36,575 bases of DNA, from assembly GCA_034659435.1 (NCBI GenBank), contig JAYEHJ010000087.1, positions 1 through 36,575 on the forward strand, given 5' to 3'. The notes beneath the pieces were generated by a model that had not been told where the DNA came from, made no database searches, and was given only the letters and a program-made list of their open reading frames with translations. Below, piece after piece: positions 25,656-32,756 of the stretch (within the stretch, counting starts at the first letter, position 1; every line of letters starts with the position of its first letter). The translations under genes were made by a program, and so were the position numbers. Source of the stretch: Patescibacteria group bacterium. Its GTDB lineage: Bacteria > Patescibacteriota > Patescibacteriia > Patescibacteriales > UBA12075.

Positions 25656-26618
25656 CTACTCTTTCATCTTCCGCCAGCCATGAACTTTTTTGTGAATATC
25701 TTTCAGCTGTTTATTAGTCACATGTGTATAAATTTGCGTAGTGGCAATGTTCTGATGTCCTAAAAATTCCTGCACCATGCGCAAATCAACGCCTTGCGCG
25801 AGCAAGTCCGTTGCAAAAGAATGCCTGAGCGTATGCGGAGTAGATGTTATTGGAAGTCCGCAAATTTTAATATATTTTTTCACAATATTTTCAATGCTCT
25901 TTGTTGTTAAACGGCGCTCCGCGCCGTTTTTTTCAATTCCCGGCTTATAGTTTATAAATAAAGCCTCATCAATATCGTCGCGCTTGTCCAAATATTTTTT
26001 TAAAGCGCTTGCCGCGCGCATAGAAAAATAAACGGTTCTGACTTTTTTTCCTTTGCCGACAACTGACAATTCAAGCTCTCGCGCTATTTTTGGAATTTTA
26101 ATTTGCTCGCGATTCAATGCGACAAGTTCGGCAACCCTAAGTCCGGTTGAAAATAATGTTTCAAGAATAGCCCTGTCCCTTAATCCAATTGTAGTTGATA
26201 GGCAGGGGGAAAGCAAAAGCTTTTCAAGCTGCTCCAGCTTTAAAAATTTTACTTCCCTCTGAGTTTTATCTTTAGCTAATTTAATGGAGGTAGGGGATAG
26301 TGAGTTAATTTTTTTTTTAACAAAAAAATCAAGCAGGCTCCTAAGAGCTATTAAATAATAATTTTGCGTTGATTTTTTAAGAGAGGTTTTTGTCCTCGGA
26401 TCAATGTGTCTGGATAAAAAAATTCTATATTTCAAAATATGCCTGGCATTTAATTTTTCCGGCTTTAATTTATCCAAATTATTATCGCTCAGCCAATTAA
26501 AAAATTTGTTCAAAAAACGAGAGTAATTCTCCTGTGTTTTTGAACTTAATCCTCTTTCAATTTCCAAAAAATCAAGATAGTCAATTAGGTATTCAATTAT
26601 TGGTTTATTTTTAATCAT
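25656..26618 (-). CDS. xerC: tyrosine recombinase, XerC/XerD family
   Basis: Catalytic pattern GLRVAEL (Arg), HTLRHSFAT (HxxR), GHQNIATTQIYTHV (His/Tyr). N-terminal SAM-like core-binding domain. Confidence 0.85.
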   Translation of the reverse strand: MIKNKPIIEYLIDYLDFLEIERGLSSKTQENYSRFLNKFFNWLSDNNLDKLKPEKLNARHILKYRIFLSRHIDPRTKTSLKKSTQNYYLIALRSLLDFFVKKKINSLSPTSIKLAKDKTQREVKFLKLEQLEKLLLSPCLSTTIGLRDRAILETLFSTGLRVAELVALNREQIKIPKIARELELSVVGKGKKVRTVYFSMRAASALKKYLDKRDDIDEALFINYKPGIEKNGAERRLTTKSIENIVKKYIKICGLPITSTPHTLRHSFATDLLAQGVDLRMVQEFLGHQNIATTQIYTHVTNKQLKDIHKKVHGWRKMKE

Positions 26619-26624
26619 ATTACT

Positions 26625-26630
26625 ATTATA
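26625..26630 (-). promoter_or_regulatory. TATAAT box 6 nt upstream of the xerC ATG
   Basis: The minus strand reads gcTATAATagtaatATG. Confidence 0.35.
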
Positions 26631-26640
26631 GCATAAAACA

Positions 26641-26673
26641 ACCCCCGCGCTTTAACTAATAAGCGCAGGGGCA
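26641..26673 (-). terminator. hairpin between the small basic ORF and the xerC promoter
   Basis: cccctgcgctt / aagcgcgggg stem on the minus strand (one bulge) with a moderately T-rich tail. Confidence 0.35.
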
Positions 26674-26677
26674 ACAT

Positions 26678-26830
26678 TTAACTTTTTTCTTTATTAGCTA
26701 AACGTGGATTTACAATATAGCTTGGTTTTTTAAGCCGTTGGCTTTGGCTTTCAATAACATCTATATTGTAATATTCGTCATCATTCTTATTTTTTTCTTT
26801 TCTCTTCTTTAAAAATTTTTTTAATCCCAT
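26678..26830 (-). CDS. possible small basic protein (50 aa)
   Basis: ORF MGLKKFLKKRKEKNKNDDEYYNIDVIESQSQRLKKPSYIVNPRLANKEKS, not in the supplied track because it is under 60 aa. AGGAGG lies 7 nt upstream of the ATG and a hairpin follows at 26641-26673. Confidence 0.4.
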   Translation of the reverse strand: MGLKKFLKKRKEKNKNDDEYYNIDVIESQSQRLKKPSYIVNPRLANKEKS

Positions 26831-26880
26831 AATTAAATCCTCCTATTTTTTAGATTTTTGGTTAGCTTAATATTTTAATA

Positions 26881-26954
26881 ATTCAAGTATTATAGATCTC
26901 TCCTCGCTGCCGCTCGTCGAGATGACAAAAAGTTGAGGATAGTTGAAATGACGG
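26881..26954. repeat. family-B solo unit with a second degenerate terminus
   Basis: attcaagtattatagatct matches attcacgtattatagattt at 17085. It ends in gtcgagatgacaaaaa, and gttgaaatgacgg follows 26 nt later. Confidence 0.6.
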
Positions 26955-27069
26955 AGAAAAAGCTAGCATTGGCTATATTCTACGACCGATTACACCTCTA
27001 TACAATACTTCGCATAATGTAGATTAAGCGAAGTATTACCAAAAAAATATAATATTTTTAACTCTACTG

Positions 27070-27225
27070 TTATCTTAATTCAGTCGGGCTAAAATGTATT
27101 CCAAAAAAATTAAATTCCCCCGTAAACACAAACAATATTTTAATAAACAATAAAAAAAATCCGATTATTGCCAAGCAAAAAACAATTACAGCTAAAAAAA
27201 ATACAATTTTAAAAGCAATTTCCAT
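27070..27225 (-). CDS. possible small hydrophobic peptide (51 aa)
   Basis: ORF MEIAFKIVFFLAVIVFCLAIIGFFLLFIKILFVFTGEFNFFGIHFSPTELR, downstream of ftsQ. No RBS and no homology recognised. Confidence 0.2.
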   Translation of the reverse strand: MEIAFKIVFFLAVIVFCLAIIGFFLLFIKILFVFTGEFNFFGIHFSPTELR

Positions 27226-27288
27226 ATTTTATTATTTTAGCTAATATTAAATAAATTATACTTATTTTACTTAATATTAGCGCTTAAA

Positions 27289-28140
27289 TCAACGATAATA
27301 AATACTATCTCCAATTCTGACATCTATATACTCTTTGTCAAAAAAACTTTCTTTTAGCTTTTCGTTTTTTATTATTATCACTTTATTAATTTGTTTTTCT
27401 ATTTCGTTTCTGACATTAAAAAATATTTTGGGACCATCTAATAATTCAACTTTAACAGTATTCAATTCATCATCAATAATAAATTTATTTATTTCAAATT
27501 CTTTTTCATAATTTTTAAATTCTTGAAATAATTTTAAAATATAATCAATTTGTTCTTGTTCTATTTTTGTTCGCTCAATTAAATTTTCAATAATCGGATA
27601 GTCTTTTTGATTTATCTCAACAACATTATTAATTTCAAAAATTATTTCCGCCTTATTTCCGCAATAATAATATTTATCACCTTCCTTAATAATTAACGCG
27701 TATGCCTTTTCATTAAATTTAATTATGATTTTATCAGGTATCTTTTTAATAATACTCAAATCATTAAAGACATATTTAGCTTCAAGAGTATTTTTTAATT
27801 TATTTTTATTAAATATAAAAATATTTTTTTGCGGTATAACAACTAAATACGAATCATTAATTTGTTTCCATGCCACTTCCTTGATTAACTCCGGATTAAT
27901 TCTATCCCCTCCCCTAACTTCAATTTCTTTAATTGAAAAAAAATTTGAATAAAAAATAAACCATATTGTTAAACCGATAAACAAAATCAAACCCAGTAAA
28001 AACAATTTAGATATTTTTAAAATCCGCGAGCTGCTTGCATGGCGCCTTTTTTGTTTTTTTGATTTTTGAAAAAAAGGATTTGTGTATTTTTTGCGTTGAT
28101 AAAAATTTTTGTTATTTTTACGCGATTTTTTCAGAAACAT
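27289..28140 (-). CDS. ftsQ: FtsQ/DivIB-type cell division protein (POTRA domain)
   Basis: Basic N-terminus, single TM helix, then FSIKEIEVRGGDRINPELIKE (POTRA start), 283 aa. Confidence 0.7.
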   Translation of the reverse strand: MFLKKSRKNNKNFYQRKKYTNPFFQKSKKQKRRHASSSRILKISKLFLLGLILFIGLTIWFIFYSNFFSIKEIEVRGGDRINPELIKEVAWKQINDSYLVVIPQKNIFIFNKNKLKNTLEAKYVFNDLSIIKKIPDKIIIKFNEKAYALIIKEGDKYYYCGNKAEIIFEINNVVEINQKDYPIIENLIERTKIEQEQIDYILKLFQEFKNYEKEFEINKFIIDDELNTVKVELLDGPKIFFNVRNEIEKQINKVIIIKNEKLKESFFDKEYIDVRIGDSIYYR

Positions 28141-28158
28141 AAGTCTGAATTATTTTGC

Positions 28159-29478
28159 TTAATTTTTTTTGCCTATCTTTTTAATATTTCCCGGCATATA
28201 TTTTCTAAGCGCTTCCGGAATAACAATACTACCGTCGGATTGCTGGTAATTTTCCATAATAGAAATCATCGGTCTGACGGTCGGCAAAGCCGTGTTATTT
28301 AACATATAAACAAATTTTTTCTTTCCGTCTTTTGCTTTGTATTTAACATTTAAGCGCCTTGCCTGCCAGTCTAAAAAATTCGACGCCGAGCCGGTTTCTC
28401 CGTATCCATTACGGCTTGGCATCCATACTTCCAAATCAAACATTTTATATTTTCCCGCGCTCATATCGCCTGTGCAAATTTGCAACACGCGATATGGCAG
28501 ACCAAGATCTTGATGCAATTCTTTTGAAATTTCAACCATTTCATTATGCAATTTATCAGATTCATTAATATCTGCTTTGGAAATGCAAACTTGTTCAACT
28601 TTCATAAATTCATGTACGCGGTAAAGGCCTTTTGTGTCTTTGCCGTAAGAGCCGATTTCACTTCTGTAACACTGGGAAAAACCGCAGATTTTCATCGGCA
28701 AATGGCTTTCATCAAGTGTTTCCCCCGCGTAATACGCCAAAAGCGATGGCTCAGCGGTTCCAATTAAAAATTTATCTTCTTTATTTTTTTTACCGTCAGA
28801 TTCAAGCTCTTCATTGGCGATTTTATAAATTTCATCAACCTCCGGGTTAAATGTTCTTCCGGCAAAATAACCGGAACCAAACAAAGCGAACTCTCTAACC
28901 AAGGTTGGCGGAATCATCGGCATAAAGCCTCTCTGGATTAACTTTTCCAGAGCAAACATCATTAAGGCTATTTGCAGGCTAACAGCTTCGTTTTTAACAT
29001 AATATCCGCGGTAGCCGGCTGTTTTTGTACCGCGCTTTAAATCAAATAAATCCAAATCTTCAGCCAATTCAATATGACTCTTGAATTTAAAATCAAACTT
29101 TGTCGGTTCGCCCCATTTAAAAATTTCCACGTTTTCCGACTCATCTTTGCCTACCGGCGTATCTTCGGAGGGAATTGTCGGCACTTTAACCATTAAATCT
29201 TCATATTTTATATTTATACCCAATAGCTCGTCCTCGCATTTGGAAATTTGATCTTTAAGCTTTTTACCCTCTTTAATCTGCTCGTCTGTAGGCCGTACGC
29301 CTTTAGCGAATTTGGCAAGTTCATTGCGCTTAGCGCGCAATTCATCAATTTTTGTCTGCAATCCCCTTCTCTCTTCATTAATTTTTAACAGCAAATCAAT
29401 ATCAACATCAATATTTTTATTCTTAGCCGCCTCCTTAATTTTCTCCTTGTTTTCTTGGATATATTTTATGTCTAGCAT
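28159..29478 (-). CDS. serS: serine--tRNA ligase
   Basis: N-terminal coiled-coil arm (MLDIKYIQEN...ELRAKRNELAK) and class II core motifs (FRSE-like CYRSEIGS, GSASN). Confidence 0.9.
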   Translation of the reverse strand: MLDIKYIQENKEKIKEAAKNKNIDVDIDLLLKINEERRGLQTKIDELRAKRNELAKFAKGVRPTDEQIKEGKKLKDQISKCEDELLGINIKYEDLMVKVPTIPSEDTPVGKDESENVEIFKWGEPTKFDFKFKSHIELAEDLDLFDLKRGTKTAGYRGYYVKNEAVSLQIALMMFALEKLIQRGFMPMIPPTLVREFALFGSGYFAGRTFNPEVDEIYKIANEELESDGKKNKEDKFLIGTAEPSLLAYYAGETLDESHLPMKICGFSQCYRSEIGSYGKDTKGLYRVHEFMKVEQVCISKADINESDKLHNEMVEISKELHQDLGLPYRVLQICTGDMSAGKYKMFDLEVWMPSRNGYGETGSASNFLDWQARRLNVKYKAKDGKKKFVYMLNNTALPTVRPMISIMENYQQSDGSIVIPEALRKYMPGNIKKIGKKN

Positions 29479-29515
29479 ATGGTTAGTTTAAAGTTATGAA
29501 GTTAAAAGTATAAAG

Positions 29516-30127
29516 TTATATATTTTTATATTCTTTTTTCCATTTCATGCCATTTTTTATATAAGATGCTTTCATTTCTTTTTGTAAGCAAGCATATAAA
29601 TCTTTAAGTTCCAGAGTTTCTTTTAAATATGTATTTGCGTAAGTGGCAATATAACCCGCGTAATATTTTGCCGGCTTGCCTTTTTCAAAAAATGTCATTA
29701 AGCCTTCAATTTTATCAAGACTTGCCACTATTTTTGCTTCTTTTGTTTTTCGCACGATATATTCTTCCCATAATAATTCAATCTCTCTGCCAATTTTTTT
29801 TGGAGCAATTTTTATAATTTTTTTCATTGCAATTCTTTCATTTTTTATTTTTTCTTTGTCTGAAATATTTTTTTTCACTCTATCAGCGCGCGTTATGTCT
29901 TTGGCTATAATTTCAACTAAATCATGCGTGAGGGCAATCTTAATGGCTTTAAGAATATTTATTTTGATTTTATAAAACTCAGCACTTAAAACCACCATCA
30001 TTGCCAATCTCCAGCTATGATCAGCTGAATTATCACCTTTAATATTTTTAACGCCTAAAAATCTTTTCTCTTCTTTTAACTTATTTAAAAATTTTATAAA
30101 TTTGTAAAATTTAAAATTTTCGTTCAT
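29516..30127 (-). CDS. HD-domain phosphohydrolase (YfbR-like 5'-deoxynucleotidase fold)
   Basis: HSWRLAMM...THDLVEI (H...HD) metal-binding motifs. The ORF is open to a TTG at 30145; the ATG at 30127 (MNENFKF) is preferred. Confidence 0.75.
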   Translation of the reverse strand: MNENFKFYKFIKFLNKLKEEKRFLGVKNIKGDNSADHSWRLAMMVVLSAEFYKIKINILKAIKIALTHDLVEIIAKDITRADRVKKNISDKEKIKNERIAMKKIIKIAPKKIGREIELLWEEYIVRKTKEAKIVASLDKIEGLMTFFEKGKPAKYYAGYIATYANTYLKETLELKDLYACLQKEMKASYIKNGMKWKKEYKNI

Positions 30128-30184
30128 TTTGATTTTGTTTAGCAAATTACATCTAAATTTATTGTTTTGAATTTATTTCTTTTT

Positions 30185-30301
30185 AAGAGATTCCCGATCA
30201 TTTAATATAATTTCCCTGCGGGGCTATTGTGTGTCGGGAATGACAGAGAGAATAAAGTGTGTCGGGAATGACAAAAAGAAGAAAGTGCGTCGGGAATGAC
30301 A
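30185..30301. repeat. family-A solo unit followed by iterated 17-nt termini
   Basis: aagagattcccgatcatttaatataatttccctgcgggg... then gtgtgtcgggaatgaca at 30229 and 30257 and gtgcgtcgggaatgaca at 30285 (exact 28-nt period). Confidence 0.8.
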
Positions 30302-30325
30302 AAAAAAATAAAAATAAAAATCCCA

Positions 30326-31108
30326 CTAAACAATTTCTTCTAAATCCTTGATCATTAACCCGCTTAATAGTTTTATTAATTTATTAATATCCAAATTTTC
30401 ATACCCGTAAATCATTGCTTCAATATATTCTTGCCGTATTTTAACCGGAATGGAAAAAAGCGGATAATTGTTTTGCAGTAAAACAAAATTCATTAAAAGC
30501 CGTGCTGTTCTTTTATTTCCGTCAAAAAACGGCTGTATTAAAGCTATCGTAAAATGAATAATAATCGCCTTTAAGTATATGTCAATTTTCAAATTATTAA
30601 AATCCGCTAAAAAAACGCTTATTAAATTTTCAATTTCTTGATTTGTTTTTGGCGGTGCATAATTTGTTCCGCCTATTTTTACCCGTCCAGTTCTATATCG
30701 TCCCGGGTTAACCACAGTATCTTTACCAACTCTCCAATGAATATCTTTAATTAAATTTTCAGTTATGCTAATTTTTTGTTTTTGAAAAGCGTTATTTAAA
30801 GTAAATTCCCATGCTTTTTTCTGATTTAATATTTCATTTTCTTCTTTAATCGTATGCCCGCCAATTGTAACACCTGATAATAATGTTTCTGTTTCCGCGT
30901 AAGTATATGTGTTTCCTTCCAGCGCCGTAGTATTATAAACAAAATCAACTTTTTGTGAAAATGCCAGTTTTTTTTGCTCATCTTGATTAAAATTTTGTTG
31001 AAATTTTTTTTGCAATTCCAAAATTCTCCGGCTTATTTTCTTGTCGGTTTTATATTTTATATTTTTTAATATAAAATTTTTGTGTTGTACTATTGCTAAA
31101 TTATTCAT
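30326..31108 (-). CDS. fic: Fic-family protein with N-terminal inhibitory-helix motif and degenerate active site (His to Gln)
   Basis: Fic core reads IQPFFDGNKRTARLL versus consensus HxFx(D/E)GN(G/K)RxxR. TTALEGN matches the (S/T)xxxE(G/N) inhibitory motif. Confidence 0.8.
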   Translation of the reverse strand: MNNLAIVQHKNFILKNIKYKTDKKISRRILELQKKFQQNFNQDEQKKLAFSQKVDFVYNTTALEGNTYTYAETETLLSGVTIGGHTIKEENEILNQKKAWEFTLNNAFQKQKISITENLIKDIHWRVGKDTVVNPGRYRTGRVKIGGTNYAPPKTNQEIENLISVFLADFNNLKIDIYLKAIIIHFTIALIQPFFDGNKRTARLLMNFVLLQNNYPLFSIPVKIRQEYIEAMIYGYENLDINKLIKLLSGLMIKDLEEIV

Positions 31109-31120
31109 ACTAAATTTTTA

Positions 31121-32596
31121 TTAATTTTTCGGCTTAACCAGCGGAAATAAGGAAACTTCGCGGATAGGTTTATCCACCAAAAACGCGAATAAGCGCTCTC
31201 CAAAGCCGAAGCCGCAGGTTGGAGGTATGCCGTATTCAAGCATTTCCACAAATTCCCAGTCAGGCATCATTGCTTCTTCGTCCCCTGCTTCCAAAAGTTT
31301 TTTTTGCTCTTCAAAGCGCTCTTTTTGATCAATGGGATTGTTAAGTTCGGAATATCCATTGCCTATTTCGGCGCCGGCAATCAAAATTTGGAATCTTTCG
31401 GTTAATTCAGGGTTGTTTTCTTTTGCTTTTGCCAAAGGCGAAACAATTTTTGGATGGTTAACTAAAAACGCCGGTCCTGAAATTGATCTTCGACAATATT
31501 TCCATAAAGTGTCTATTAACCGCTCTCGCGTTTCGCCGTCATATTTGATTTTTAATTTTTTAAGTTTTTCTTCTATTTCTTTTTTTGTTGCTTTTAAAAT
31601 ATCAATTCCTGTTTGCTTGATAATTTCTTCTTGATAATCTATCTTAGGCCATTTGCCTGATAAGTCAAATTTATGTCCGCGCGCCTCAAATTCGCAGGTT
31701 TTAAAAACTTCTTTAGCAATTGTTTGGTATAACTCGCGGGATAAATTCATTCCGTCTTCATAATCCGCGTAAGCCCAATAAAATTCCATATTGGTAAATT
31801 CCTGCGTATGCTCGGTGCTGGTTCCTTCATTGCGATAAACGCGACCGATTTCAAAAGTTTTTTCAAATCCGGCTGCCATTAAACGTTTTTGCCACAACTC
31901 CCCTATTGATATGCGCAGATAAACAGGCAAATTAAAATCCTTATGATGCGTTTTAAACGGATTTGCCTCGGCGCCGCCGGTGCTTGTTTCAATTGTCGGA
32001 GTTTCAACTTCAAAAAAGCCTTTTGCTTTCATAAAATTACGGGTAACTTCCCAAAATTTCGCCTTTTTCCTAAACATATCCCTTAACTCAGGGTTCATTA
32101 ATAAATCAAGATAGCGCTTTCTAAATTTTTCTTCTTCGTTTTTCAAGCCATGCCATTTATCAGGTAAAGGGCGGATTGCTTTTGAAAGCAATTTAAATGA
32201 TTTAACCATTATGCTTTGCTGGCCTTTATGCGTTAAAAAACAATTTCCGCTTACTTCTAAAAAATCTCCGACATCAATTAAATTTTTTAAAATTTTATAA
32301 TTATCAGCGCCGACTTCTTTTTTAGAAATGGCTATTTGGATATTTCCGCTAACGTCTTCCAGATTGGCAAAACTTAAATTTCCGTGCGTTCTTTTGCTTC
32401 TAAGCCGTCCACATAGAGATATATTTTCTTTATTTTTTTCCAAATTAGAAAAATTTTCAATAACTTCAAAAATTTTATGCGTACGTTTAGCTTTTGAAGG
32501 ATATGGATTCAAGTTTATTTTTTTTAGTTCATTGATTTTATTTTTTCTTTCCTCAACCTCGCTAATAGCATTAACTGAACTATTTGTATTATTCAT
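31121..32596 (-). CDS. lysS: lysine--tRNA ligase (class II)
   Basis: OB-fold N-domain, class II motifs (FRNEG-like YRNEGTS, GFGFGERL), 491 aa. Confidence 0.9.
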   Translation of the reverse strand: MNNTNSSVNAISEVEERKNKINELKKINLNPYPSKAKRTHKIFEVIENFSNLEKNKENISLCGRLRSKRTHGNLSFANLEDVSGNIQIAISKKEVGADNYKILKNLIDVGDFLEVSGNCFLTHKGQQSIMVKSFKLLSKAIRPLPDKWHGLKNEEEKFRKRYLDLLMNPELRDMFRKKAKFWEVTRNFMKAKGFFEVETPTIETSTGGAEANPFKTHHKDFNLPVYLRISIGELWQKRLMAAGFEKTFEIGRVYRNEGTSTEHTQEFTNMEFYWAYADYEDGMNLSRELYQTIAKEVFKTCEFEARGHKFDLSGKWPKIDYQEEIIKQTGIDILKATKKEIEEKLKKLKIKYDGETRERLIDTLWKYCRRSISGPAFLVNHPKIVSPLAKAKENNPELTERFQILIAGAEIGNGYSELNNPIDQKERFEEQKKLLEAGDEEAMMPDWEFVEMLEYGIPPTCGFGFGERLFAFLVDKPIREVSLFPLVKPKN

Positions 32597-32702
32597 AATA
32601 AAATTTACTTAATATTTTGTTAATTTTCAATATAAAAATTAGAAAAAAATATTTTCCGTATATTTATATTTTAAGCTATTTTTCGCTAAAAGTCAAAAAA
32701 AT

Positions 32703-32737
32703 CAAAAAACCCAAAAAATATTTTTTGGGCTTTTTTT
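32703..32737 (-). terminator. intrinsic terminator after the Wzy-like/TPR gene
   Basis: cccaaaaaa / ttttttggg stem flanked by A and T runs. Confidence 0.55.
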
Positions 32738-32756
32738 AAATAAAATTTTGCTAATA

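Noticed and set aside
25656-26954. Integron or integrative-element integrase with attC-like sites nearby.
   Set aside because: The recombinase has the ordinary XerC/XerD layout and size. The nearby repeats lack the GTTRRRY/RYYYAAC core sites of attC, and no cassette-like ORF array is present. A looser functional link to the repeats is kept as a low-confidence finding.
30229-30301. Possible mini-CRISPR array: three direct repeats at a regular 28-nt period.
   Set aside because: The repeats are only 17 nt and the spacers 11 nt. There are only three copies, the repeat is simply the terminus of the family-A element, and no cas genes are nearby.
32597-32756. T-box or other leader upstream of the aminoacyl-tRNA synthetase genes (lysS here; also serS, metG and gltX).
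   Set aside because: Upstream regions are too short (0-160 nt). The 160-nt lysS spacer is mostly the terminator of the preceding gene and AT-rich filler, with no specifier-loop or T-box consensus visible.
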